A stretch of 64,000 bases of DNA from Candidatus Bathyarchaeia archaeon (GTDB lineage: Archaea > Thermoproteota > Bathyarchaeia > Bathyarchaeales > Bathycorpusculaceae), in assembly GCA_049515895.1 (NCBI GenBank), contig JBEKTQ010000004.1, positions 1-64,000 of the forward strand, in the 5' to 3' direction. Positions 29,252 through 39,900 of the stretch are shown one piece after another. The translations under genes were made by a program, and so were the position numbers. Numbering within the stretch: position 1 is the first letter of the stretch; every line of letters starts with the position of its first letter. Below the pieces are notes generated by a model that saw only the letters and a list, made by a program, of their open reading frames with translations, did no database searches and was not told where the DNA came from.

Positions 29252-29401
29252 ATGGGTAAAGAACATAAGTTTAGGAAAGACTTTACGCCAGAGCAATATG
29301 CAGCTTATTTGTTGAGAAAGGCTAAATCGTCTGATGTTTTAAATCTAGACGATAAGGAGCCATCGATTGAAAAGTTTAGATCTAAAAAGAAGATAGGTTA
29401 A
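29252..29401 (+). CDS. Small basic hypothetical protein (49 aa), absent from the ORF track
   Basis: MGKEHKFRKDFTPEQYAAYLLRKAKSSDVLNLDDKEPSIEKFRSKKKIG*; GGAG upstream and a T-rich tract downstream. Confidence 0.4.
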   Translation: MGKEHKFRKDFTPEQYAAYLLRKAKSSDVLNLDDKEPSIEKFRSKKKIG

Positions 29402-29626
29402 TTTTATTTTTAGGATTTTTGGTTTGAAAAGTCGACCTATGAGCGTTTTATGTAGCGATCCTAGAGAGAAACATGACTTAAACCGTTCTTGGCAATCGAA
29501 GCCCAGCGAAGCCATTATTTATGATCGTTTGTGGCTACTTATCAGATTTTCAGCCAAGCGGACCATTATTCTTGCTTAAGGAAACTACAAAAATGTTAAG
29601 TTAGGAAACTTATCTAACATTAACCT

Positions 29627-30058
29627 ATGAGCATGAAGCCGTTTATTCCCGAACTTATAGCCCCCTGTGGCATGAACTGCGGCATCTGCAAAGGATACAT
29701 AGCCTACGTGCACGGGATACCGCGAGTAAGAGGGAAAGTCAGCTACTGCGCAGGCTGCCAGCCGAGAGCCAAAAACTGTTACATCAAACGAAGCTGCAAG
29801 AAACTAACACCCCACGAAATCAAATCCTGCAGCGAATGCGAAACAATGCCCTGCGAAAAACTACGTCACCTAGATAATCGCTACAGAGAACGCTACAGCA
29901 TGAGCATGGTTGAAAACCTAAAAATGCTAAAAGCGAAAGGCATGGAAGAGTTTCTGAAGAGCCAAGAAGAAAGGCATCGGTGCCCTAGCTGCGGAGACGT
30001 GGTTTGTGTTCACGATGCAAAGTGCTACGTCTGCGGTTACATTAGGAAAAAGCATTAA
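29627..30058 (+). CDS. DUF3795 Cys-rich protein
   Basis: APCGMNCGIC, CAGC, C.I..C, CSEC..MPC, CPSCG..VCVH...CYVC. Confidence 0.8.
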   Translation: MSMKPFIPELIAPCGMNCGICKGYIAYVHGIPRVRGKVSYCAGCQPRAKNCYIKRSCKKLTPHEIKSCSECETMPCEKLRHLDNRYRERYSMSMVENLKMLKAKGMEEFLKSQEERHRCPSCGDVVCVHDAKCYVCGYIRKKH

Positions 30059-30359
30059 CTTACGCCATTATTTTTTGGCAGAGACTTGCTTACTTCATTT
30101 TTTTACAGGCCTTTAAGAAATTGCATCGGAATTTTGACTCGGCAAGAGCAGAAATCAACTCGTCAGGTTAATGTTGGGCGTCGGAGAAGAAGAAAAGAAG
30201 AAGAAGACGCTTGGTGGTAGCACCCTGCTTCTTGTTTCAAAAAATACGCGTTGCCTTTTCGCACGGTCTCTGTTACTACAATATTTCAGACCCAAGGAAG
30301 TAGACATTGGGCGAGTGCAAAGGCAAAGTCGAAAACAAGAGAAAGGCCGTCAAGTTGCT

Positions 30360-30893
30360 CTACCCAAACTTTTCAACGATTTCCCTTATAATGTTCATGT
30401 TACGGGTGGTTGCTTTTGCCTTCAGCTTTGACTCCACAAACGGGTTAGGTAGTGCTCCTTCTCCGCCGCCGTGAGTGAGACTGAAAACCTCCTTGCCTTC
30501 AGCTGAAATTATCTGCGCCGTTGATTTTGGGATTGTTAACGGCAACTGTAGTGGGAATTTTGGCTGGGAGCTTGGAAGCATAGTCACGAGAAAGCTTGTG
30601 CCCTCTTTGCTCTGGCCTCTGAATGGTTCCATGTCAATTATACGTTTAAGTTGCGGAATTGTGCGTATGAAAACGGAAACGTCGTAGCTTAGCACTCCGC
30701 GCAGCGCATCTTCAATTTTCTTCCTGATTTCTTCCATGCTTGTTGATGTGGTTTCAAAGATTATGTTGCCACTTTGCCTGTAAGTGGAAACATTCTGAAA
30801 ACCTAAGCCTGTGAAGGCTTCTTTCAACTTCTCTTTTTTAACACTACGGCCGCCGACATTGATTCCTCTTAGAAAAGCTACGAGACGAAGCAT
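30360..30893 (-). CDS. DUF1697 family protein
   Basis: VAFLRGINVGG, V.TY.QSGN..F, TTRN.N. Confidence 0.88.
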   Translation of the reverse strand: MLRLVAFLRGINVGGRSVKKEKLKEAFTGLGFQNVSTYRQSGNIIFETTSTSMEEIRKKIEDALRGVLSYDVSVFIRTIPQLKRIIDMEPFRGQSKEGTSFLVTMLPSSQPKFPLQLPLTIPKSTAQIISAEGKEVFSLTHGGGEGALPNPFVESKLKAKATTRNMNIIREIVEKFG

Positions 30894-31148
30894 GGAAAAA
30901 ACTAGTTAGCAGAAGCTGTTATTAACTTTGCTTTAACTAAAAAGACTGGCAACTGCGTATTTTTTCCTAAAAAAAAACCATAAGCCCATAACCAAGAAGC
31001 AGATTAAGAAAGACATCAAATATTGCTTTTATTTTATGTCCGCCAGCAGTCTAAGGTTATGTTTAAGACGGCTCAGTCAAGGTATTTGAAAGAAGAACGA
31101 CAACACCAAAAAAATGCATTGTTGTTGTTCTTCTATGCATGAATTCAA

Positions 31149-32060
31149 TCAAGCACTAATTAACGTTAGCATTATTGCCTTGGCCGAGTACAAGCGGTTT
31201 TCTGCTTGCTCAAAAATTACTGATTTCGGGCTTTCGATGGCTTCCCCGCTTATTTCGTACCCGCGGTGAATCGGCATATCATGCATAATGTATGCATTGC
31301 TCCCTTTGAGCAGTTCAGCGTTGATTTGGTAGGGCATCATAAGTTTAGTGCGCTTCTCTTTTTCAGCTGCAAACTTGGGGTCGGTAAAAAACTCCATGTC
31401 AATCCATGTGTCCGTGTAAACGAAATCTGCATCCTTAACCGCTTTCTTTGCGTCCAATGTTGACTGCCAAAGACCGGTCTTCTTCGCTTCAGCCATTAAC
31501 TTTTCATCCCGGGCGGCTTCATTGAAAAACGGCGTCACAGTTGTCAGCTTGACTCCTGTTTTGATGCAGCCTTCTATGAGTGAGTTGCAAACGTTGTTGT
31601 GTACGCCGATGTAGACAAGTTTGGTGCCTTTAAGCGTGCCTTTCTTCTCTTTCATGGTGATTAAGTCTGCTATGATTTGGCTCGGATGATATTTGTCGTC
31701 GCAGCCGTTGATGACTGGAACACGGGAGGCAGCAATCATCTTCAGCAGGTCAGAGTTGTAAAGCAGCCGCGCCATGATCATGTCAACGTTCCGCGACAGG
31801 TAATGGATCTCGTCACCAATGTCTGCCATTGTGAAGTTTGTGGTTCGCCAGTCAATAAATAATCCATGACCGCCCAGTTGAGTATCGGCAACTTCAAAAG
31901 CAACCCTTGTTCGGGTAGAAGTCTTCTGAAAAATCAACGCGGTGGACTTACCGTCAAATGCTTTGCGATATTTTTTCGGGTTGTGCTTTGTTTCAATGCC
32001 TAAATCTACAAGCGCGTTAAGGTCTTGACTTGACAGTTCTTTGAAATTGATCAAATGCAT
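31149..32060 (-). CDS. argF: Ornithine carbamoyltransferase
   Basis: STRTR, HPSQ, YTDTW, HDMP.HRG.E, QAENR. Confidence 0.9.
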   Translation of the reverse strand: MHLINFKELSSQDLNALVDLGIETKHNPKKYRKAFDGKSTALIFQKTSTRTRVAFEVADTQLGGHGLFIDWRTTNFTMADIGDEIHYLSRNVDMIMARLLYNSDLLKMIAASRVPVINGCDDKYHPSQIIADLITMKEKKGTLKGTKLVYIGVHNNVCNSLIEGCIKTGVKLTTVTPFFNEAARDEKLMAEAKKTGLWQSTLDAKKAVKDADFVYTDTWIDMEFFTDPKFAAEKEKRTKLMMPYQINAELLKGSNAYIMHDMPIHRGYEISGEAIESPKSVIFEQAENRLYSAKAIMLTLISA

Positions 32061-32267
32061 TTTTCACGTTACCCAGTAGGCTGAACAAAGCCAGTAATAA
32101 TAAGCTTTATGTAAATTTAATTTGCCGGATCCAAATTGTTTCAGTAAAACTCTTTCTTACTTTCTTTTAACTTATGTATCAGCTGAAGGGGGGTCTTTAT
32201 TGCCGCTAGCTCGCTTTCTTTTGCAGGACTCTGACAACGTTTTTAGAGAGAACTAGCTAAGAGATAC

Positions 32268-33107
32268 ATGGAAGTGCAAGTGATGATCCTGCTCGTTCAC
32301 TCTAGCCGCGATATTGCAGGTGTAAACATAGCTAAAAGCATACTTCATCACTATCCATTTACAAAGACGACCCACACGTACCAAGAAAGCCCGATCCACG
32401 TCGCTGATTTCAGTGGAAAACAAGTCAGCTTCCTAACGCTTAAGGAAGAAGCGATCAAGTCTCAATGTCTTGGAGTAGACTTTCCAAACGCGGAGTTAGT
32501 TGTCTTCATTTCGCGCCACAGCAGCCAAAGCGGCATGCCTACCCTTTCTGTTCATACAACGGGAAACTTCAGTGAAGCCCAACTTGGCGGTTTAGCACGT
32601 GCGCTGTCGATCGCACCCGCCTTTGCGATGCAAACCTCACTTAGAGCATTATGCAGCTTAAAGCAGGAATTGAACCTCAACTACGAGGTCTCGTACGAAT
32701 GCACCCACCACGGTCCAAGCCTAAACGTGCCCGTCATGTTTGTTGAATTAGGCAGTTCAGAGCCCCAATGGAACGATTTGGCCGCTGCACAAGCCGTTGG
32801 CGATGCTGCAATGACTGCGATCACTAATTTCTCGGAGCCAGCAGAGGAAGCAGTTCTCGGGATAGGAGGACCCCACTACAACCAAAAATTCTCTCGCATG
32901 GCTCTATCAGGCGAAGCAGCGTTTGGGCACATGATACCCAAATATGCCGTTTCCACAGTTGATTCCGAAATAATATCGCAGTGCGTGGAGAAAACTTTGG
33001 AAAAGGTTTCACTTGCTGTTCTTGACTGGAAGGGAATCGCAAGCCAAGACAAACCCAAGCTGCTGTCTGCTCTGCAATGTGCAGGCTTGACTTTCAAGAA
33101 AGTCTAA
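32268..33107 (+). CDS. dtdA: D-aminoacyl-tRNA deacylase (DTD2/GEK1)
   Basis: SRHSS, LSVH..GN, ECTHHGP, FVELGS, GGPHY, GH..PKY. Confidence 0.92.
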   Translation: MEVQVMILLVHSSRDIAGVNIAKSILHHYPFTKTTHTYQESPIHVADFSGKQVSFLTLKEEAIKSQCLGVDFPNAELVVFISRHSSQSGMPTLSVHTTGNFSEAQLGGLARALSIAPAFAMQTSLRALCSLKQELNLNYEVSYECTHHGPSLNVPVMFVELGSSEPQWNDLAAAQAVGDAAMTAITNFSEPAEEAVLGIGGPHYNQKFSRMALSGEAAFGHMIPKYAVSTVDSEIISQCVEKTLEKVSLAVLDWKGIASQDKPKLLSALQCAGLTFKKV

Positions 33108-33177
33108 AAAGTTGATCGCTTTAGCAAACATTAAAAGTCTTATGGAACTTGTTTTTAAACTCTAAATCACAGTAACA

Positions 33178-33187
33178 TTTATTATTG
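33178..33187 (+). promoter_or_regulatory. TATA box of the secE-spt5-rpl11-rpl1-rpl10 operon
   Basis: TTTATTATTG about 30 nt before the secE ATG; the same 10-mer occurs at 59343-59352 before rpl18a. Confidence 0.5.
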
Positions 33188-33216
33188 AATAATGAAATGT
33201 TGAGTGTGCGATAGAT

Positions 33217-33411
33217 ATGGGTATAAAATCTTGGTTAACGCAAGCTGGACGAACCTTAAAGCTTGCTAACAAGCCTGGACGGGAAGAGCTCTGGCTTTCG
33301 ATAAAAATCAGTCTTCTCGGCATAGGCCTCGTTGGCGTAATCGGCTTCGTAATCAAACTCTTATCATACGCTCTAGGCGGCGCAGCGCATAGTGCGTCAT
33401 CGACAACCTAG
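33217..33411 (+). CDS. secE: Protein translocase subunit SecE/Sec61 gamma
   Basis: R.LKLA.KP..EE, G...VG.IGF.I; lies before spt5. Confidence 0.92.
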   Translation: MGIKSWLTQAGRTLKLANKPGREELWLSIKISLLGIGLVGVIGFVIKLLSYALGGAAHSASSTT

Positions 33412-33424
33412 AGGGAACTGAATT

Positions 33425-33898
33425 ATGGATAAGAAAGAAGAAGAGCAAATGCAAACCAAAATTTTCGTGGTTAAAACAACCACTGGGCAGGAAAGAAACG
33501 TAGCCCGGTTAATCGCTTCAAAGGTTGAGATGAATCACATTCCCATAAAAGCTCTTCTTGTGCCAGATACATTGAAAGGATACGTGTTTGTCGAGGCAGA
33601 TGGGCCACATTTGGTGGAAGAAGCCATTTCAGGTTTAAGGCATGTTCGCTCCCGGATCCCTGGGCTTGTCAGCTTCGCCGAAATAGAACGGTATATTGTT
33701 CGCAAACCAGTCATGGAAGACCTCAACGAAGATGACGTCGTTGAAATTACAGGTGGGCCGTTCAAAGGTATGCGAGCTAAAATCACAAGGCTTGACAAGT
33801 CAAAAGGCGAAGTTACCCTTGAACTGCTTGAGGCGACATTCACTTTGCCAATCACAGTACACTCAGATTACGTAAAACTGGTGGAAAAAGCAAAATAA
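33425..33898 (+). CDS. spt5: Transcription elongation factor Spt5
   Basis: TT.GQE, KGYVFVE, KOW motif VEITGGPFKG. Confidence 0.96.
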   Translation: MDKKEEEQMQTKIFVVKTTTGQERNVARLIASKVEMNHIPIKALLVPDTLKGYVFVEADGPHLVEEAISGLRHVRSRIPGLVSFAEIERYIVRKPVMEDLNEDDVVEITGGPFKGMRAKITRLDKSKGEVTLELLEATFTLPITVHSDYVKLVEKAK

Positions 33899-33917
33899 AA
33901 CAAAACTGGTGAAAAAA

Positions 33918-34406
33918 ATGAGCGAAAAAAAATCTGTTGAATTACTCGTAAACGGCGGACAAGCCAATGCAGGTCCACCTCTGGGTCCTGCTCTTGGACC
34001 GTTAGGCGTCAACATCATGGCTATTGTCAACAAGATTAACGAGCTAACAAAGGACTATGCCGGAATGAAGGTTCCGGTGAAAATCAGTGTTGATACCGAG
34101 GACAAGACTTTCGAGGTTACCGTAGGTACCCCGACCGCTTCAGCCTTGATTGTTGCTGAGTTAAAGGTGGAAAAGGGCTCCGGAACACCTAACACCGTTA
34201 AAGTGGGCAACTTGTCCATGGAACAGATGGTGCGCATCGCTAAAATTAAGCGTCCTGAACTTTTAGCTCCAACATTGAAGAAGGCGACAAAGGAGATGCT
34301 TGGCACATGCGTCAGTTTAGGCGTCACTGTTGAAGGCAAAGACCCGCGGGAAGTCCAAAAAGACATAGACGACGGAAACTACGAACAACTGTTTGGTAAC
34401 GAGTAA
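33918..34406 (+). CDS. rpl11: 50S ribosomal protein L11
   Basis: GG.A.AGPPLGPALGPLG; GM.VPVK; GTC.S.GV. Confidence 0.97.
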   Translation: MSEKKSVELLVNGGQANAGPPLGPALGPLGVNIMAIVNKINELTKDYAGMKVPVKISVDTEDKTFEVTVGTPTASALIVAELKVEKGSGTPNTVKVGNLSMEQMVRIAKIKRPELLAPTLKKATKEMLGTCVSLGVTVEGKDPREVQKDIDDGNYEQLFGNE

Positions 34407-34464
34407 TGACAAGCGAATATTTTTATAATGGGTTTCCAATCCCTCATTGGCACGAGGCTTAAAA

Positions 34465-35115
34465 ATGCCCCTAGACAACAAGACAATTTCCGAGGCAATT
34501 AAACAAGCAAAAACGAAGTCTGGCGACAAAAAATTCAATCAGACAGTAGATTTGATCTTAGACATTACTGAGATCGACATGAAGTCGCCCGAAGGCAAAA
34601 TCCAAGAGATCGTTGAGCTTCCGCACGAGACGGGTAAACCAAACAAGGTCTGCGTTATTGCTTCTGGAGAATTTGCGTATAAAGCCAAGAACGCTAATGC
34701 TGACTACGTTGTTGAACGTGCTGACTTAGACGCGTTGAACGGAAAAAAGAAGGAACTACGTAAACTTGCTGAAGATTATGACGTTTTCATTTCTGAAGCG
34801 CCTTTGATGCCGCTTGTAGGCAGGATTCTTGGTCCGGTATTGGGTCCGAGGGGTAAAATGCCTATTCCGGTTGCGCCTAACGCAGATATTGCAGCCCTGA
34901 TAAATAAGCATCGTAAAACGGTGGTTGTAAGAATGCGTAACCAACCGATTATTCAAGTTTCAGTTGGCTCTCAGCAGATGAAAGATGAAGACCTAGTAGA
35001 TAACACTATGACTGTTCTTCGTGTTTTAGATGGAAAACTTAAGCGTGGCCTCAAGAACGTGAAGTATGCCTTCATTAAGACATCCATGGGTGAGCCAGTT
35101 AAGATTAAACCGTGA
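34465..35115 (+). CDS. rpl1: 50S ribosomal protein L1
   Basis: KF.QTVDL, LGPVLGPRGKMP, KTSMG. Confidence 0.97.
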   Translation: MPLDNKTISEAIKQAKTKSGDKKFNQTVDLILDITEIDMKSPEGKIQEIVELPHETGKPNKVCVIASGEFAYKAKNANADYVVERADLDALNGKKKELRKLAEDYDVFISEAPLMPLVGRILGPVLGPRGKMPIPVAPNADIAALINKHRKTVVVRMRNQPIIQVSVGSQQMKDEDLVDNTMTVLRVLDGKLKRGLKNVKYAFIKTSMGEPVKIKP

Positions 35116-35130
35116 TAGAGTAGAGAAATT

Positions 35131-35997
35131 ATGCCGTCCCAACAAGTGTTAGAGGAAAAATCAGGCGAAGTAGATGCGATAAAGGACATACTCAAAGAGT
35201 ACAAGTCCATCGGCATCGCTAGTCTGAAGAAGGTTCGCGCTTCCCAGCTTCAAGAGTTGAAGAAAAGTATGGCTGGCAAAGTTTACCTCCGAGTTTTGAA
35301 GAACACGCTTATGAAGCTGGCTATTGAAGAAATGGAGCAGGAAGACCTTAAGAAGATTGAGGAATACTTGGAAGGGTCAAACATTTACATGTTTACAGAC
35401 CTAAACCCCTTCAAACTTGCGTTGCTTTTGGAACGGGGGAAAGTCAAAACAACTGCGAAATCAGGCGACATAGCCGCCATGGACGTGATTGTTCCAACCG
35501 GCAATACGGGGCAACCTCCGGGACCCATCATTAGCCAACTTAACTCCGTCGGTTTGCCGACACGCATTGAGTCTGGCAGCGTCTGGGTCAGCAAGGACAC
35601 GTTGGTTGTTCGCAAAGGAGAGGAGATCAACGAACGTCTTGCAGGTGTTCTTTCGAAACTGAACATTAAAGCCGTTGAACTCGGCATTTCAATGCGAGCA
35701 GTCTTTGACAACGGGTTAATCATCGTTGGCGACCAACTCAAAATCGACCTTGACGCTACAAGGAAAAGCCTTGTGCAAAGTAATCAAGAAGCATTCGCCT
35801 TGGCAATGGGCATTAGCTACCCAACCAAAGACACAATCAAACCGTTACTGCAGCTAGCTCACCAGAAGGCCGTTGCTTTAGCCGTCGCCGCAGTAGTGCC
35901 GACCAAAGACACAATCGGCGATCTGATGCGAAAAGCCAACGCGGAAATGACAAGCCTAAGCAGCGCAGTCGATAAAGCGAAGCCGAAAGCCGCATAA
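35131..35997 (+). CDS. rpl10: 50S ribosomal protein L10 (P0)
   Basis: KNTL, AKSGDIA, GNTG.PPGP; follows rpl1. Confidence 0.95.
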   Translation: MPSQQVLEEKSGEVDAIKDILKEYKSIGIASLKKVRASQLQELKKSMAGKVYLRVLKNTLMKLAIEEMEQEDLKKIEEYLEGSNIYMFTDLNPFKLALLLERGKVKTTAKSGDIAAMDVIVPTGNTGQPPGPIISQLNSVGLPTRIESGSVWVSKDTLVVRKGEEINERLAGVLSKLNIKAVELGISMRAVFDNGLIIVGDQLKIDLDATRKSLVQSNQEAFALAMGISYPTKDTIKPLLQLAHQKAVALAVAAVVPTKDTIGDLMRKANAEMTSLSSAVDKAKPKAA

Positions 35998-36232
35998 AAC
36001 TGCCCTTTCATATTTTATTTTTCTCTCGTTTAGTTTTTCTCAATGCGTCTGTTTTTGTTATTTGCATTATGGCTTCGTTCCAAGGTGGGAAGAAGGGGTG
36101 TTTGCCTATTATGCGCTTTTTGATGGTTTCTAGTCAAAAAATGGGTCCAATGGAATAGGTCAAGATTTGTCTTGAGAATTTAAGAAAAGCTTTTCTGGCT
36201 TCAAGTTCATGCTTAATTGAGTATGTCGGGTT

Positions 36233-36853
36233 ATGAGTGGAAAGAGTAAAGTCTGTCTTGTCTCCTGCAGTGTCTTAAAAGATGAGTTGCAGCGTCTGGT
36301 TAAGGACGGGCGGTTGGATGCAGAATTAGTTTTCGTTAGCAAATACTTCCGCGTTGACTATGAGACGCTCGAGAAAAACCTCCGCAAAGTCCTAGAAGCA
36401 ACACTGAAGCGTTTCAGCGGCAAAGTGGTGCTAATTTACGGCGACCTCTGCCTTGGACCAGATGGTGAAATGAAAAAACTAGCAGACGGATACGGCATCG
36501 TTAAGGTTGATGCGGCGAACTGCGTCGACTGCCAAATAGGTGGCGGAGGAAAATTCTTTGAGGCTGACCCCGAGCATAACTTGATGTTCATGGGTCCAGG
36601 AATGATCGCGTTTTTTAAGTATATGAAGCAGAAAATGCTTCAAGATGGAGTTGATGAGGCATCTTTTGCAGGTATGTTCAGCGGAATCAAGGGCATCGTG
36701 CTTCTAGATACCTGCGACAACGCAAAGGAATGCCGTGAAGAGCTTGAAAAGTCGGGCTTGGGACTGCCGATTCTTGAAGCAAGGGAAGTTGGGCTTGAAA
36801 ACGTGAGGCAAGTGGTTTTTGATGCAATTCAACGTGCAACAAGTAATAAGTGA
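36233..36853 (+). CDS. DUF1638 family protein
   Basis: SC.VL..E, L.YG.LC, NCVDC..GG, G.V.LDT. Confidence 0.7.
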   Translation: MSGKSKVCLVSCSVLKDELQRLVKDGRLDAELVFVSKYFRVDYETLEKNLRKVLEATLKRFSGKVVLIYGDLCLGPDGEMKKLADGYGIVKVDAANCVDCQIGGGGKFFEADPEHNLMFMGPGMIAFFKYMKQKMLQDGVDEASFAGMFSGIKGIVLLDTCDNAKECREELEKSGLGLPILEAREVGLENVRQVVFDAIQRATSNK

Positions 36854-36965
36854 CTCTATTAGCACACGAAAATTGAGTAATTGATTGCTTGAGGCGTCAT
36901 GGAGTTACCGCAAATATTAAAGAAGCATCAGCGTAATAGTGCAGCCTGTGGGTGTGGTTGTTGTT

Positions 36966-39900
36966 ATGACACAAACTGTTTCTTCCCAGCCTATGAAGAG
37001 AGTGGAAGACTGGAAGTCAAGATTAATTGACCTTTCAAGAAGAAACAGCCTCCTATATTTTCATAGAAACAAACGGGGAAGCTTATCTATCTCACAGCCT
37101 GACACGCAGACGGCTTTTAATCTGCTGGTTTTGAAAAAGAAAAAATTGGAATTCTGGCTACCTCCTCCAGAAAAAGCCCAAGATACTGAAACGCAGGAAA
37201 AACCCCAAGAGCAAGAGAACCCGAAAGGCAAGGGGAAGACCAAAACTGCCAAAACAGCGAAAGGCAACACCCAAGCCTCCTTTAATGAAACCTTAGCATT
37301 GGCTGATGAAACCCAGCGTCCCAAAGCAAACCAGTTAGTAAGCGAAAGAATGTCTCGAGCAGAACTTGAAAGAAGCCTCAAAGGGCTGCAGTGGCGCTCA
37401 CTTCTGGATTACCGCGAACGTGGTGTTCGCATTTTACATGCGGCTTTTGGTACGCTTGACTGGGTTGATTTTGAAACAAAAGAGCAAGTCCAGTCACCCT
37501 TGATTCTTGTGCCACTAGAGTTGACACGGGATTCTATACGTCAACCCTACAGTATCGGCCTGCCGCCCGTTGAAGACGAAGAGGTCTTAAACCCTGCTTT
37601 ACAGGTCAAACTGAAAAACGATTACAAAATTGATTTGCCGCCTTTGCCTGAAGAATGGGAAAACCTGGCCCTGCAAAACTACTTTGACATGGTTAATCAG
37701 GCTGTTGCTGAGTTAGGCTGGAAGGTTGAGACGTCCTTTGATTTGGGGCTTTTTTCATTTCAGAAATTGGTCATATACAAAGATTTAGAGGCGAATGCTC
37801 CTTTAGTTACGCAGCACCCCATCGTTCGAGCAATCGCAGGCATAAAAGAAGGCAACCTCATTATGGACGGGTTGCCTGACGAGAAAGACGTTGACAAAAT
37901 CGAGCCGCCAGACAAAACTCATCAGGTTCTTGATGCCGACAGCAGCCAACGGGTCTCTATTGAATACGCCTTGAGAGGACAAAGCTTCGTTATGCAAGGT
38001 CCCCCAGGCACCGGAAAAAGCCAAACCATCGCGAACATAATCGCAGAGTGCATCGCTAACGGGAAATCTGTGCTCTTTGTCAGTGACAAGATGGCAGCCC
38101 TCGAAGTTGTTTACAAGCGGCTTAGCGAGGTTGGGCTGGCGCATTTTTGTCTTGAACTTCACAGCAGCAAAGCCAACAAGCAGCAAGTTGTCGCCGAGCT
38201 TAAACGTAGTCTTGACGAGAACCTTATCCCGCGCAAATTGCCGTCCCCCCATGAGTTTGAAAAAATGGTTGACTATCGGGAAGCACTGAATGGTTATGTT
38301 GCAGCCTTGCATGAGAAACGACAATACCTTCAGAGAAGTGCTTATGAAGTTTTGAGTTTAATCTCCGGCCTTGAGCGGGTTCCTTTCGTGTCTGTCGGCT
38401 TAACTGAATTGGGAACGCTGACCCCTCAGAAAATGCATGAGTTGGAAGCGCTTGTTTCTCAACTGAGCAAAGTTTGGCAAGTGATAGAAGAGCCCGATTT
38501 TCCATGGGTAGGTTATCGAGCCGATGTCTACAACCTGGAACTCCGCTCTGAAGTGCTGTCGGCGCTTGAAAACATTAGTGAAACTCTGTTGGAACTGCAA
38601 AATGAAGCGGAAGACTTCTCCGCTAAGCTGGGTGTTTTTCCGCCTGAAACATTTGTCCGCGTAAAATGGCTTTTAGAAGTAACCAAGTTCCTAATTGAAA
38701 GCCCCAAGCCCGAAGTTTACTGGCTGACGGACCTAAACATCGATAAACTCCACGCTGAAGCCAAAACCTACCTCGAAACCAGCATCTGGATAAAAAACAC
38801 CCGCGTCAGCCTCATGGAGCGCTACCAGCCCTCCCTGTTCGATTTGGTTCTTAATCAGTCAGCAGATATCGAGAAGCAGCTTGAGGCTCTAAGCAGGATT
38901 CTCCCAGGAGTCGGCTTGGAAGAAAGCGAATTTTTGCCCGAACGCGAAAAGTTCTTGGCTTTCATGAGAGGCACTGCGGTTTTCGCTAGGAAATGGCGTG
39001 AAACCTCTCAAGCACTTGCTCCGCGATTGGGATTGGACGGCGAAGGTTTGACTATTAATCAAATAAAAGAATTGTCCCGCATGGCGCTGCTGTGCTTCGC
39101 TGAAGATAAACCTGAGCCGCAGTGGTTTGACACTAAATATTTCGAACAAGTTGCTGACACAGTGAGGAAGCAAAAACAACTCTATCAAGACCACGGCCTC
39201 CTGAAAAGCCGCTTAGACGAAACTTACACTGATGGAATCTTCCAACTTGACTTGGACGGGCTAATCGCAAGATATAACCGATACAGCCAAAACCCCCTTA
39301 AACTGTTCAATTCAAGTTACCGCAACGACCAAAAACAAATCGCACGAGTGACCAATAACGGGAAAGTTCCTAAAACCGTTCTGCCTGACCTGGTTGACGC
39401 CCGAAAAGTCAAAAAGTTGCAGGCGCAGATTGAAGAGTCAGCTGAAACGGTTCGAGCCTTGCTGGGTCACTTCTACGACAAGTCAAAAACAGACTTCCAA
39501 GGCGCCGAAAAAGCCTTAGAACTAACAGCGGAAATCCGCAAACTCAATTGGGCGACAACAATTCCGGAGAACCTGCTGAAACTGATCACCAACACTTCCA
39601 GCCCCTCGCCTATGATTAAGAATTTAGGGTTGGAACTTCAGGAATCCATTAACAAGTGGGAGCAACAGCTCAAAGATTATTCAATGTTCATACCAGCGAA
39701 CATTCCCAAATCAAATAATGCAATCTCTCAAACGCCCCTGCCGCTGCTCGAGGAATGGGTCACCGAAACAGAAAAACAACTGACTCCGCTTCGTGAGTCA
39801 ACAAATGTAGCACTCGCAACTTCCAAGCAGGAACCCCAAACCTACAAGCAACTTATGGTAGATCTTAAGAACGCCGAAGACATACGCAAAAAAGAAGCGG

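Noticed and set aside
30171-30431. 86-aa plus-strand ORF
   Set aside because: It overlaps the DUF1697 gene antisense and has low-complexity content.
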